A stretch of DNA of 64,000 nucleotides from a virus. Made by a program: the position numbers and the translations under genes. Position 1 is the stretch's first letter. Every line of letters starts with the position of its first letter. Below are positions 1 through 13,407 of this stretch, one piece after another. The notes under the pieces are model-generated. The model was not told where the DNA came from, did not search any database, and was given only the letters and a program-made list of their open reading frames with translations. The stretch is taken from positions 1 to 64,000 of IMG/VR virus record IMGVR_UViG_3300035438_001058. One strand, given 5' to 3'.

Positions 1-2232
1 GCTTGAACTTTCAGTGGGTTGGAAGGAAAAATAGAGAAAGGTAATAAAGCTAAAGTAACTGCTGATGCTGTTGCCAAAGTTAAGGCGCACATTAAAGCGC
101 AATCTTTAGAAGTGGCTAAAGTATTTACACAAGCGGAAGCTGATGTTAACAGTCAAGTTAGAATTCCAGAAGACACTTTATCTCACGCAGCAAAACTTTT
201 AAATTTAAGTTTACCTGAAAAGTTAATTGTTGAAACTTCATCTGCTGAAGAAGTAGCTAAAAATTTAGATATAAGAAACAAAGTAATTGAAAAAGTAGTA
301 GAAAATTTTTATCTAAATTTTGCTATAAATCAATACTCACTTTCACAGATACTATACGGGGACGAAACTTTTTATAAATCTAAAGAAGACCAAACAAAAA
401 GGATTCAAATAGCAACTGCTACAGGAGACACTCTTTTAGTAGATGATAATCATGGAATACCTCGTGATTCCAAAGTAATGGTTGTTGAAGATTTAATTAG
501 AGTTGTAGATGAAGACTTAAGAAATATTCCAGCTGAAGCGTACAGAGCTGATTACGAAGCCTCTGATGCTGAAGGATTTATGCTGCCAGAATTCTACGAT
601 AAGATATCTAGAGCTTACGGGCAAGAAGCTATGACAGACATAGTAATGAAACCTGTTTATTTTTCTATCCAAAATGGCATTCCTGTAGCTATCAAATACT
701 CAGTTAAAGTATTGACGAATGAATTAGTAGATAAATTTCCTCACTTAGCTACTTATAGAGATGCTATGCGAGAAAGAGGAGCTGATCAAATGGTTTTCAA
801 ATCAGCTGTAAAAATCGGAGGTTTAAAAGGAATGGCTAAGTTAGATCAGAAAACAGGTGAGATTATTTCTACATCTGTAAACTCAGAAAACTTCTTAACT
901 TTAAACACTGCCAACTTAAGATTCCAATTAAACCCTGCGCACGATCCTGATGTATCTACAGCTAACCCTTCTCAAATTACAGCTCAAATTAATACTAATG
1001 GGCAAAATCCAAACGAAAGTTTTGAGTTAGCTAATTTAAACGCTGCTTTGTTAAACAGCGGGCTTAGAAGTGTGCAAAGTGATTTAAGATTGTCTGATAA
1101 AGGAACCCCAACAGAATCAACCGCCAGACAACTTCGTGAGACTATAATTAGATACGGAGAATCAAGTAACAATGCTGATGATGTTGTGAGGTTACTACAA
1201 TCCTCAGACCCAGTAACTTTTGATAAAGTTGATTTATCACTACCTTTGATAGCTGGACGTGTTGTGTCCACTATTGCGTCAATGATTTCCAGTGCTACTG
1301 TAGGTTTTAAATTCAAAGGTTCCAAACTAGTATTACAAGCGGATCTTGGAATTCAAAGTATCTATGACAGTGCATCTGGTAAAATGATGAAACGTAAACT
1401 TAATTACAGAGATTCTGAAGGTTATTGCGAAGTTATACTTCCAAGAATGTATGAAAACCATATGCAATTAGGCGACAAGTTAGTCCCTGGGCTTCAGAAT
1501 GGTGTAGTAGGCTTTAGAATACCGTCTACTAACTACCACTCTATGCTTCCATTGAAAGTAGTTGGGTTTTATGACGCACCATCAGGAGCAAAAGCAAACG
1601 TAGTTATAGCCCCTTCTGCTATAGTTTACTATCACGGATCTGACTATGATGTTGATAGTCTATTTATAATGAGAAAGTCTCAATTTAAAGACAAGAATCC
1701 TAAGGGAACTATTACTCCTACAGTAGATTTAAATACTATTTTATCTAAGTATTCCGATAAACATATTATTAATTCGGAGCTAGTAATAACAGCTGATTCA
1801 GTCGTAGGATTTAAAGGCACTAATCCTGCTAAAGCTGATCCTGTTACAGTAGATGGTTTGTTTTTGCACGAATACTTAGAAGGTAAAGTTATTGAAATGT
1901 CAAACCATACGGCAGCTTTATCCAGAACTTTGCTAACTGCTAAAACTCCTAAGGAAAAATCAGCTATAACTACACAACTAACTACTGCTAAAGATGATAT
2001 GTCTGTAATAGAAGATGTTATACAGCAATCTATTAAGAACAGCATAGTAGATTTATACACTACTAATATGTTAGATGTTAAGAATAGAACTGACTTGTTA
2101 ACTCCAATTTCTTTTGAGAATGTAAAGGGACTCAGAAGTGTTACAAAAGAAAAGCTATTGGAACTTTTAAAAGATGCTAATTTTCAAACAGATCTGCAAA
2201 ATGCGGGTATAATACAAAAAATATGTCAATAA
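1..2232 (+). CDS. Virion-packaged DNA-dependent RNA polymerase, catalytic part (5' end lies outside the window; in-frame TGA at 4-6)
   Basis: GFRIPST...YYHGSDYDVDSLF matches the two-barrel RNAP R-x-P and DxDxD catalytic motifs typical of crAss-like phage RNAPs. Frame 1 is open from base 1 apart from TGA at 4-6. Confidence 0.85.
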
Positions 2233-5200
2233 ATTGTTTAATAAATTTTACCACTGTAAATGAAGAGTCAGTCAGTTTTACGGAGGAACAATTTATAAGC
2301 TATGTTGCAGAGAATGGGTTTGGGGGGATGAAAATCCCCTCAGACAATCCATTGGCAAAATTAATAGTAAATAAATTAGATTTTCTTCGGCAGCCAGAAT
2401 CAGTTTCTGAATACTGAGCTAGAATGGCTATCAATAAAAGATTAATTGCGGAAGGAAAACCTACGTTAAATTCTAATACTTTATTAACATCAGCACAAGT
2501 AGACGCAGAATTAAATCCTTCTGGGCAGTTAACTGATTACAACACTCAAAGACAAATACGGTACAACACTTATTCAGGTATAGATCTAACAGGTATATCA
2601 GCAGCCTTTGGTAAAACTTTAGGATATGTTTTTGAAGCAGGGGCAATAGCATCTGTAATAGACGTTAATACTAAGGAAGTTATTGATCTAAATAAAGAAG
2701 AAGATGTCAAAGCTTTTTTAAAAAAATACGGTCAATACAGTATTGAAGCTGTTTTGAAAAACAATAAAAATTTTAAGATTGTTAGCAGGAAGGAGCCTGA
2801 GTTTACTAGTGCAAATCATTTTACAGTTGACAAAGAACCTTATACAGGTCTAAGTAGAAACACAAAGGGTAAATTTAAAAATATATTTGAGACAATTGAC
2901 TCTATTATCAACTTAGCTATTGACAACGTTAAAGAAGGTAAACTACACTTGATGGGTATTACAGGATCTAACGCAAATATATTCTTTTCTTTGTTAGCTA
3001 CAGGTATGCCTTTGAATACGGTAACACTTATAATGAAGAACCCTTTAATAGTAGAGCTAAGTACTAACGGTAAGAAAATAGATAACGCCGCCATTGATGT
3101 TAAAATAGGCGAATTAAAAAAGTCCTTAGAAGAACTTAAAGGTGAAGAGTATGTCAATATGCTATCAAAAAGTAAAGACATTGATACTAAGTTATTAGAA
3201 CAAATTTATTTAGGTGAACTTACTGGGGCTCTCGCCATAGAAGAAACTCTTAAATCTTTGCAGGTGCTTAGAAGTATGGCAGAAGTTGGTAAATATATGT
3301 TTAAAGCTTCTAAAGTATTTAAAGCTCTTATTAAACTTCCGAATAAAAAGTTTGAGATTGACGATACTGTAAATAATATAGAATCTTTAGGAATGTTTAA
3401 AGATGCCGCTGCGTCTGAAGCTGAGGTTAACAGTGAGTGGATAGATATAGCTGCAGAATTCGCGCGTACCAGCAATGACCCAGATATAGCTAGAGTACAA
3501 GCGCAGCAAGATCAAGAATTAGCTTTAAGTTTAGAAGAGTTAGAAGTTAAATCCTCTGCTAATTTAAAAAGGGAAGATCTTAAAACGAATGCCCAAGAGA
3601 AAGTTTCTGAGCTTTCTAAAACTATAAAAGAACTTAAAAGTAGAAAAACTAAAATTAATAAAATATTAGCAGGTGATAATATTTTATCCGAAGAAGAAAA
3701 GGCTATATTAGTAGAAGAACTAGATAAGAACGAATTAGAAGTAATAAGATTAGACAGTATAAGGGCTGATTTAAACAACGGTTTAACTAAAGTATCTAAT
3801 TATATAGCTAAACTAGTACAAACACCAGAAGGAAGCATTTTTGGTACTGAGAAAGCTGCTATACGTGCGGCATATGTTAATTCTGTTTTAAGAAAAACTG
3901 TTACTAGAGGTGTAGAAGGAAGATCAGATAGTCCTTTTACAACTGACACTACAATTTTAAGAATACCACACGTAGCATCTGTTTATAAAGTTCTTTTGAC
4001 CACACAAGGTTTATTGAATAAAACTTTCGCTGTTTACAATCCCACTATAACAAGTTTTATAAAGAATATAGTAGATAATTATAATATCTTTAAACAAGAG
4101 GACTCTACAGAAAATGTAGAAATAATTACCAAAGAATTCGTAAAATTTGTAGGATCTAATCTTACTTTTAAATTAGATGGGGCTGATTTTTCTACTGAAG
4201 TGCCTTATTCAGAATATCCTTTTGTATCCTCTAGAAATAAACAATATTGGGGGAAAGAAGCTTGGGCCCAAAGGTTTTTGGAAAAAGCTAGATTACTAGA
4301 TGATTCTAATGAAATGACAGAAAATAATTTTGTTAAAAATCTAGAGCTTAGCAATAATACTAAAACAGGACTTACTGAAGCTAGGATATTAGCTGATAAA
4401 GTAAAGGACGACGAAGTATTAGCTAGGATACGTAGAGATTTCGCAGCTTTAGCGGTAGATGAAACAGAGATAGCAGAAGGATATACTAGAGCGGACTTTG
4501 CTAGAGATATGTTTAAATACTCCCTTCTTTCATCTACTATGTATTACGAGAGAACTGGTTTTGCTCAAGTATTCCCAGAACATTGGGCAGTAGCGTATTC
4601 AAAATCGCTATCTTCCAGATTAAACGCTGTGCTGCCAAAAGACAGTGCGGCAACTGACATACATTTGGAAATGTTGAAGGACACCTTTATTACCCAGCTA
4701 ATGACTAACAATAGTTCTATGCTGAATTTCTTAAAGGCTAAACCTGAAGTAGTGGCTTCTAAGAAAGTAAACGGGAAAAAAGAAACTCTTTATGAAGGGT
4801 ATGACGAATTAAACAATGTACATTATCATCTAAAGTTTAAAGGGTCCCCTTATGAAGACGGTAAAAGTTCTGAATTTGTATCTCATTACGACAAAGCTGT
4901 ATATAGAGTTATTAAAACCCCGGGAAGTGTGGACACTTTCTATGTAAGAGTAGCTATGGCTCCCAACAGTAAGTTTTACAACTTTACTTTTAATAATTTA
5001 GGAGGTTCTGTACAACATCGGGAGATAACTTCTGGTAAATATTATGTAACACATTTAGACAATGCCAAAGGAAATGTTTTAAAAGCGCAACCTTTAACTA
5101 CTAACTTTTTGCCAGTAGGAACTGAGGTGCTTGCTTACGACCAAATGAATGTAGGTACTGACACTGCAACAGTTTATACGGTAACTAAAGTAAATGTTGA

Positions 5201-5951
5201 GAATGGCTCATATACTCTGAAAAAATCTAGAACTATAGATCTAAAAGATTATACACAAGGCGATAGACTACGTGCTTTTTACGCTAAATTTTCACCTAGA
5301 AAAACAACTAGTACTATAGCTGTTGACGATATAAAAAGAACGATGGCTAATCTAAAGAATGCTTCTAATACGGTGTTCTTAACCAATTCTAGAGAAAACG
5401 TAAGCGGGACATTAACTTTAAATATTCCGGATATTTCTCCAAATACTACGCAGGAAGAGTTAGCAGTAATAGTAGAGGACATACAAAAAGATATAGAAGC
5501 TTTACCTAATAATAAAAATTATTACGTGTCTTCAAAACTATTGGAGCAATTTAACGACTTTTCTTCTAAAAAAGCTATTCTATTAGCCGCTTTGTTTAGA
5601 CAAATAGGTTACAAAGAAAATAATGCTCCTGTAAGTCAAACTAAAGAAGGTTTGTCTGAGAGTATGAAACGAATAACTCTAGGAATATTAACTTTACCAC
5701 AATACAAGTTGCAAAAAGCTGGCAACGATGTGGCTTACACACACTCTGTTAAAAAGGATCGTGCGTTCAGAAACGTGGCAGTAGGGGATATTCTATGGGC
5801 TGTTAAAGATATTTATATGCACGTAACAGCAGTTACTGAAAATGAAGTGCATATGAGGGAATTTAAAAGTGCGGTATTCATGAGCATAGAAAAAGAAAAT
5901 ATAAGTTCAGATGAATTTGAAACAATTTATAACAAACATAATAACTGCTAA
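2223..5951 (+). CDS. Large virion cargo protein, probably the C-terminal part of a split RNAP (about 1242 aa with TGA 2415-2417 read as Trp)
   Basis: ORFs 2223..2417 and 2424..5951 are in the same frame and separated only by TGA-GCT-AGA. The IDSIINLAIDNVKE motif resembles the post-catalytic 'aVD.aKd' region of two-barrel RNAPs. Confidence 0.75.
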
Positions 5952-8900
5952 TGTGCCCAAATAAAAATTCACAAGAATGAAAAGATCTGGTTAGCAGATT
6001 TGGAGAAAAAGTAGCTTACATAAAATACTTTGCTTCAGACGAGATACAAACAGGAGATGAGCTTTCTAATATAAAAGAAAAGATTCGAGAAGCTGTATTA
6101 GGAAATGAAGAGTATTACGCTAAAAAATATGGGACATACCTAAAAGGATATTCAGCTACAAGTAATACTTTAGATGAAATGGTCGAAGCTTTTGCCCTCA
6201 GATTTACAGACTTGTCTCCAGTAATTAAAGGAGATGTAGTAGAAACTAATAAGGGAAATTTCTTATTGTTTCCAGAAGCAGATGCTGATTATGTTAGAAT
6301 GACCAATGTTCCTTCAGCAATGGACACCATGCTGCATGGTTTACAAGCAAAGTATGGCATACCGTTTACAGTTATAAATGATCCCAAACAAAAGTTTGCT
6401 GGCAAATACATAAATCAAGGGGATAAAAAGATGGTAGTGATTAACACTGCTTATGCTGATGAGAACACTCCTTTACACGAATATTATCACCCATTTGTCC
6501 GGTCCCTACTAGTTAGAAATAGACCTACTTTTGATATGCTTTTAAAGAAAGCAAGGTTAGATGGAGATGTTAGGAATGATTTAGAAGAAGTTGTAGTAGA
6601 CTTTTTAACTAAAAGTGCTAAGCAAAAAATAAATCTTAGTTTATTAGATGTTTTCTTTGATTTTATTAAGAAAATGTTAGGTATTAAACCTACCTTGACT
6701 ATTGATAATGCTACCACTTTAAGTGAAGTTATATCTTTAATAAATAAAGGAGAAGGTTTTAAAGAAGAAAGTACTTTAACCAAAGCTTATCAAAGAGCTG
6801 AAGATATGGCTAAAGACTTTAAAAACATGGTAAAAGACCGCAAAAAAGATGTAATAGTAGATTATATAGAAGCTCTTAAGAAGAACAGTAAAAATTATAA
6901 AACTTCTGACAGTAGTAATTTTTACCAAGATGATTCTAATAATGATGTAGCTAAACGTCTGTCTCCTTTTATAGGAGACGAAGACTTTGGGCAGTTCTCA
7001 CTTAAAGGCAAGAATAAAAAATACACTGTACCAGAGTTTAGGTTGAGAGAGTTATTAAGAAAGGCGGGTTTTAATTTGCAAGACAAGCCTTTAAGTACGG
7101 TAACAGAGACGTTTAAACTTGGAGATCAAACCTACACTGTGGCCCAATTATTAGCTGCGGAAGAATTGAAGTATAGTAAATTCCAGAAGTACGGTAAGAT
7201 GGTTCACTCTTTCTTACAGTTTAAACTTGAGACAGATCCAGACGCTAGAGTTAAAGCTAGAGCTGATGCTGTTAAGTATGCTAATGAATATCAAGCTGCT
7301 GGAGGTGAACCTTTTACTACTTTAGAAAATCACCCTAAACTTTCGGAAATTGATAAAAATTTTGAAGCGATATGTAAACGTGCGGGCATAACAATTACAG
7401 TGGATCTTGAGAAAGGAATTACCGCTAAAATGTTAGATAAAGTTCTTCCGGAGGTTATATTAGTATCTGATCTACTTACTGATGAAAATGGTGTGCCAAT
7501 TGGTACCACAGCTGATGGTATTATACAACACTCTAACGGAGAAATTTCCCTAATAGACTGGAAGACTGGTAATATAGTTAGTGATATGGGAACAGCTTAT
7601 TTAATGGCTTACGGAGAGAAGTTTGATTTAGCAGACTCGAAACTAAATAGAGGTTATTTGGAGTTAGCTTTCCGTGCAATGATATTAAAGGAGCAGCATC
7701 CAGACATGGTTTTTAGAAACATCAGAATAGTTAAACTTAATTATGATGGCTCTTCTCAGAATATGAATCTGGATCTAACACCTTTTTTAAATACTATAGG
7801 AGAATATTATAAGGTAAATAAACCTGAGATTTACGCCAAACTTCAATCGAAGAACCTATTGGAGGCAGCTTCATACGAAGGTGTTGGAGAAGATTTAGTA
7901 GGAGTGTATAAGCAAATTCCACAAGGATTGGAATATGCGGAACAAGTTGATTGGTTAAAAACTCAATTAGCAATATTACACGCCAATAAAACTAAAGAAG
8001 AGATTCAAAGAGACCCTGCTGTTCTTAAAAGATCTATTCAATTAACTAACGCAATATTAGAGTTAGAGAAAATTCCTGGAGCTAACTTTAACGAAAACAC
8101 TCCAGACCTTCCTTTTATAGGCAATCTAAAGAACTTTTCTGACATTGCTAATCCAAAGGTACAGACCTTACATAAAGTTTTATTAACAGCTAAAGAAACT
8201 ATACATAAAATAACTGGAGACAGGAATACTGAGCATGATAAATTAATGCTTGCTGTTGAAAAGGATGCTAAAGTAAAACGTAAAAACACAACCTTACAAG
8301 TGTCGGCTTCAGCTCTAGTACTTTACGGCGTAGTGGCGTATTCTTTCTTACCTTTTGCTGGAGGTTTATTACTGTACAAAATAGGTAAAAGAGCTTTTAC
8401 ATCTACAACTAAAGACTTTTACAGCTTTATGTGGAGACAGTCTACTGATGTGGGCCGTCCTGGTTACTATATGAATACTGGAGATACCTACATAGACGGG
8501 CAAGGTAAAGTTCAGAAGATGACTCAAGCTCAAACAGACTACAGGAATTTTATACAGCGTACTATGCGCGAAGATTTTAATAAAATTGCTAATAAAGTCG
8601 TCGGCCAAAAGTTGAGCGGGCAACCCATGTATATGTGGGAAAGACAAGGCTGGCCTTCTGAATTACCAGATGACTTTATGCCTCGCATTCCAAAACCAAC
8701 TGACGAACTTAGAGAAGAAGAAGACTTTACTTCTAATTATTTAGGTTTAAAAACAACTTTATCTAACAGCGCTCGTAAATACATGACATCATTTGTCGAG
8801 GATACTTTTGGTGATCCTGAAGGGACTATTCCTCTTAAGTATTTTAAGCACACAGGCTCTAGTGTAGTTGAAAATGGTATGCACTCTATGCACGCTGAAG

Positions 8901-10528
8901 CCAGTTATAAAAGTTTTATGGCGTCTTTACATTACAAAGATAACATGGACACTGTAAAGGATATGTTTATAGGATTGTCAAATGCTATGAATGAGGAATT
9001 AGATGAGAACCGTAAAGCAAAATATCCTGAGACTGTAAAATGGTTAGATAATCAGTTTTATCCTCAAGTTTTAGGAACATCAAAAGCGGTCACTATTAGC
9101 GCTAAGAAAATGAAGTTTACAGCTGGGGCTCTTACGGAGAAAATAACAGGTATTAAGGAAGGCACACCAATGTTCTTATCACAAGACGCGTTTTTAAGAG
9201 CTGTCAAAACAAGTGTGACTGCTTCTGTCATGGCTTTTAAAGTGTTTAGTCCGTTAAAAAACGCGGCTATGATTGCGACTCAAAACGCATCACAAGCTAC
9301 TCGTAATCTTGTAAATGGTGCTATAGGCAGTATAGTTGGAGTTCCTCCAGATACGTATGAAGGCATATCCCATAAAGCAGCTCATCCTCTATTCGTGGAT
9401 TTTTTATCGAAGAAATTATCTGGGAGACAAGATGAATCTAAACTATGGAACTTAGCTAAGAATTTTGATTTCTTGCCAGAAAGTTTCGGAGATTATGGAG
9501 CACAAGACGAACGGCTAATGTCAAATATGATAAATATAAGCACAATGTCTCACGCTTATGTATTCTACAATCTTGGCGAGACTATGGGGGCTTTGTGGCA
9601 ATTAGCCGGGCTAATGAAAGGTATTAAAGTTAAAGTAGACGGGAAAGAGATAAGTTTATGAGATGCTTATAATGACAAAGGTGAGTGGGCTGCTGGCGTT
9701 AGAGGTGTTGTAGAAGTAGCTCCGGGAGTATTTAAAAATCTAGAAGGATTAGACGTCTTAGAAATAAAGTCTCTGAAAAGAGCCAATGAGAAATTGAATG
9801 GATCTTACAGAAAGGAAGAAAAGACTGCTATGGAAGCTACTGTTATAGGAGAATACGTGTTTCAGTTTAAAAAATATTTTTACCAGTATTGGAAAACACT
9901 TGCGGCTAGCCCATATAAGGATATAACAGTCGGAAAGCACGTTTTAACGGGAGTTCGTCCTGACGGTATGCCTATATACCAATGGCACTCAGATGTCATG
10001 GAGGGGCAATTTAGAGTCTTATACAATGCTATTCTAGCTGGTATGTCCTTAAAGAAAGGATCCTTAAAGCATTACTTAACAGATACATCTATATACGGAG
10101 CTAATACTCTTAAAGGTCATAGAATTAGGGTTTTAGGTAACTCAGTAAACACCTTAATATGGTTCGCAATATTGTTGTCAGCTTTCCACGGATTTCTTGA
10201 CGATGACGAAGAAAAAAGTTTTGTGGGAAGACAACTACAAAAAACTATAGATGACTTAACAAGAGGCTTATCACCAAAAGATTTGATGGGTAACTTAGAG
10301 AAGCCAGTAGTAGCTTCTGAAAAGATATCTAAAGTAGGAGCAGCTACTTGGGATTTTATGACTGAAGGTGTATGGGGGGAAACAAATTCTGCCGGTAATA
10401 GGGTAGGAGCAAAAACTCTCATTAGATCTATTCCAGGGTTTTCTGGAGCAAGACAGATGTTGGATGTAATGGATTCCAGTTTAGGAGAAGATGTGTTTGA
10501 AAGTCCATTTATACCTAATTATAGGTAA
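5951..10528 (+). CDS. Giant virion cargo protein (about 1525 aa) with HExxH zincin-like motif, PD-(D/E)xK-like segment and TM helices; TGA at 5978 and 9659 read as Trp
   Basis: ATG 5951 overlaps the upstream TAA. The frame reads MCPNKNSQE*KDLV... into ORF 6179..9661, then ISL*DAY... into ORF 9794..10528 with no other stop. Motifs: HEYYHPF and ADGII...LIDWKTG. Confidence 0.8.
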
Positions 10529-10549
10529 TTCGCGGAGTAGCGAAAAACG

Positions 10550-10584
10550 AAGGCCTCACCGCGCAATGCAGTGAGGCCTTTTTT
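10550..10584. terminator. Intrinsic terminator between converging transcription arms
   Basis: AAGGCCTCAC / GTGAGGCCTT stem followed by a T-run, with an A-run upstream. Confidence 0.75.
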
Positions 10585-10813
10585 ATTGGAATTCGAATAT
10601 GGTGCTCCCTCTGTTAACAGGAGTTAATGTGTGTGTTATTTTGTTAGCGGTTAGTATTGCAACCATTAGTTCTTTTTTCCCGTAGCCAACTACAATTATA
10701 ATGTAAGGCTTTGGTTTTGATTTTAAAGAGTTTACAAACTCAGTAATTGCTGCTTTAGCTTCCACTCTACTAGAGGAGGCTTTGATTTTGTTAAACATAA
10801 TGTAGTGTATCAT
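10583..10813 (-). CDS. Small hypothetical protein
   Basis: 76-aa ORF ending in TAA. The IIIVVGYG segment is weakly Smr-like. Confidence 0.45.
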   Translation of the reverse strand: MIHYIMFNKIKASSSRVEAKAAITEFVNSLKSKPKPYIIIVVGYGKKELMVAILTANKITHTLTPVNRGSTIFEFQ

Positions 10814-10819
10814 AGGTGC

Positions 10820-10868
10820 AAAAAAAAATCCCCTATCCGATCGTTAAGACCAGATAGGGGATTTTTTT
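10820..10868. terminator. Bidirectional intrinsic terminator
   Basis: A9-TCCCCTATC ... GATAGGGGA-T7 inverted repeat. Confidence 0.75.
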
Positions 10869-11037
10869 GTTTAAACGCTCAATTATATTATAAGCAGTTC
10901 AATGGGTTTGTTTTATCTCTTTCTTATGTGTGTTCGACAAATAACCATTTAATGTGCGCAATTATTGTTAGCGTTTGAGTTTAGATGGCTTTACTACCAT
11001 AGATGGTTTTAACAGCAAGATCACCGCATTTCGAGTG

Positions 11038-11496
11038 CTAATTCGCTTTGGTTCTTTCCAACCTGTAAAGTAAAAAGCATAGTTCCAATGTCTCTTCTTC
11101 AGATAGCCCCTTGTACGCGTGTACTTTACTCCGAAAAAGTTTCAAAATTTCGGCGTGGTTGTAGGTTGCTAGTAAGCGTGTATTGCTTCCACCTGGCGCT
11201 GAGCGCAGTCTTTGAACATAGTCATAGGCTTGGGTCATGAATCGCCCAAAAGAGGGAGTAGAAGAGGCTATAATCTGCCGAATATAATCTCTCTTATCCC
11301 TCTTTCTAGCTTGTATGTGCTGTAAATCTTCACTATCAATGCCAAGAACTTCTAGAGCGAATCCTTCCAAAGTAGGGTGCTCTGCAATTCGTTTAATTAA
11401 ATCTTTGTCGCTCGCCACATTAAACTGCCTCCATATACGACTAGCAGTGTCAATGAATTTAGATTTTTGTGACGTCGTTGTTTGCGATGTATCCAT
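11038..11496 (-). CDS. Hypothetical protein
   Basis: 152-aa ORF in a co-directional operon, overlapping the upstream gene. Confidence 0.6.
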   Translation of the reverse strand: MDTSQTTTSQKSKFIDTASRIWRQFNVASDKDLIKRIAEHPTLEGFALEVLGIDSEDLQHIQARKRDKRDYIRQIIASSTPSFGRFMTQAYDYVQRLRSAPGGSNTRLLATYNHAEILKLFRSKVHAYKGLSEEETLELCFLLYRLERTKAN

Positions 11497-12004
11497 AGGT
11501 TTCTCTTTTGGGAAAAGGACGTGGCCAAACTTCAGCGTTCTCAGGCAGAGAAACGCCTATCTTTTCCTCCCAGTCTTTCCTCCACAAATCGCTGCGTTCG
11601 AAAACTAAGCGATTACCATAACGTGGGTGCATATTACTGAGTGGAAAATGTTTATCCACTATCACTTTATCTGCTTTAGAATACTCTCCAACCAGAATAT
11701 GTTTTACATATCCTGCTAGCGTATCTTTCGGTAATTCGAATACAAACATTCTGTACCCAAGCATAGTAGGTGCGTAATCCTCTACATATGATGGCACTGT
11801 CTTGAAGTAATCCGAGAGTTCCTGCGGCAGATCCTTGTTGTACAACATTAAGATGTGTGAACCTCAGTTCTGGTATTTCTCCGATGTAGCGTCAGCAGAG
11901 TACGTATCTTCATAATACGGCCCAATTAAGTTTGTAGGCGCTTTCTCTTTTAACTCTAGTAGCGGGGATAAGAATGCGGCTGTGATGGAGAATTTAAGTT
12001 TCAT
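11459..12004 (-). CDS. Hypothetical protein (181 aa with TGA 11864-11866 read as Trp)
   Basis: ATG 12004 directly follows the upstream stop at 12009. The frame reads MKLKFSIT...KYQN*GSHILMLYNK into ORF 11459..11848. Confidence 0.7.
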
Positions 12005-12008
12005 AATA

Positions 12009-13046
12009 TTAGGTTCGTGCGTTTTCAAACACGTTTAGTGTAACTTTACCGTTGTTCTCATAAACAGAGCGCGGGTAAACCCATTCGTTGTGTTCAATGT
12101 GCCAAAGATAATCTTCCAGAAGCTGGTCAATTCCTTTGTAATAAGTGTCTTTGTGGAAACCACCCTTTAGCCCGACTTCAATATCGTTCGTGGTAGTTTC
12201 GAATATAATTGCTGGGTTATGTGCAGACACTTTGGTCTCAGCAACTATGAATTTAAAATCTAAAATTTTGTATCCTTCTTGGATGAGGTTATATACAGGC
12301 GACTCAGGTTGCTGAATAGCGTAGTTGTACAAGGCAGCTTGCGTATAATACCCGTACATTAAGTAACTTTCCTTAAAAAGATACACAGATTTTCCAGTAG
12401 TCTTTAAATCAAAAGGATCTATAGTTTTGTCCTTGTGGTTGATTAGTATCCCGTCAAGTAAAGCTTTAAAATCTTGATTTTTATATTGAAAGTAAATTGG
12501 AACTTGATGAAGTCTCTCTTCCCACGTCTTGCTTTTAACGAAGTAGTTCTGAGCATAAGGACTAGCAGTAACTAATTCCACTGCCTTTACAACAGAATCG
12601 TACTCATCTTTTGCCAATACAGTAATGCCTTCAGGGCAGTTGTTAACCGTGTTGTAATAGTCTACATTATCCTTATTACCCCAGAATTTATCTAGCACCC
12701 ACTTGATACTCATTTTGTATCCAGACAACCAGTAAGCTTTCTCAAAGTTCACTACATCTGAATCTGCGGATAGATGGGGAGGTAAGTTTTGTATGAAAGT
12801 GCCCATAGGCCCGTAAGGCTTATAAACAAAGGAAACTCGGTATCTGTGTTCCCACTCTCGAGGAGCCGTTAATAGACAATCCACAGCAGATCCTATTTTA
12901 AATGATGTTTTGTCCTCTCCCTCGAATAGCTCTGGTTTTTCCTTTTTTAGTTGTAGTATTCTTGGGCTTTGTATTGCTTTTAGCAGGCTGTTTGATATCC
13001 TCGTGGAGGCATAATAATTCTTCGTTACTTCAAGTCCGTTTTCCAT
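12009..13046 (-). CDS. PD-(D/E)xK exonuclease (RecE/ExoVIII, DUF3799-like)
   Basis: ISNSLLK, FKIGSAVDCLL, KALLDGI...DLKTT and YGYYTQAALY motifs. Confidence 0.8.
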   Translation of the reverse strand: MENGLEVTKNYYASTRISNSLLKAIQSPRILQLKKEKPELFEGEDKTSFKIGSAVDCLLTAPREWEHRYRVSFVYKPYGPMGTFIQNLPPHLSADSDVVNFEKAYWLSGYKMSIKWVLDKFWGNKDNVDYYNTVNNCPEGITVLAKDEYDSVVKAVELVTASPYAQNYFVKSKTWEERLHQVPIYFQYKNQDFKALLDGILINHKDKTIDPFDLKTTGKSVYLFKESYLMYGYYTQAALYNYAIQQPESPVYNLIQEGYKILDFKFIVAETKVSAHNPAIIFETTTNDIEVGLKGGFHKDTYYKGIDQLLEDYLWHIEHNEWVYPRSVYENNGKVTLNVFENART

Positions 13047-13404
13047 TCTTTCATTTTTTGATTATTTCGATGCTTATTAGCACGTCTTTTTGTGTTGATG
13101 GTAATAATAATAGTCAATCTACATCCTTCTGCATATACTTGAATATCTTCCATCTAAGGTCAAAATCAGGTCTACGAAGGCCTTTAGTTTCTATTATTCA
13201 CCCGTCTCCTATAAAGTCAGGTGTAAATACTATGTTCTGGTAACTTTGTTTTTTAAGTTTTAGAACTTTGCTTTTTCCTATTCGCTCTATTGCCGTTAAT
13301 TTAACGGCAAAGGAAGGGAACAGCTCATATGATTTCTCATATTCAAACTGTAACCCTTCCTTTGTGAGAGCTTCCGCGGCGAAGCGCTCTAAGCCGTTTC
13401 GCAT
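12898..13404 (-). CDS. T7 endonuclease I-like nuclease / resolvase; needs TGA readthrough at 13198 and 13114 (end is 12898 if TGA 13051 and 13030 are also read through)
   Basis: Reads ...FEYEK...FTPDFIGDG*IIETKGLRRPDFDLRWKIFKY. The catalytic E-x-K motif lies after the TGA. Confidence 0.75.
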
Positions 13405-13407
13405 TTC

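Noticed and set aside
984-10422. Antisense ORFs in the track (for example 984..1325, 1680..2060, 2840..3181, 8369..8647) and similar ones elsewhere
   Set aside because: They lie entirely opposite long motif-bearing genes and have the low-information composition of shadow frames.
10870-11037. Hidden recoded gene in this gap
   Set aside because: The minus-strand frames I checked hit TAA within about 25 codons even when TGA is read as Trp.
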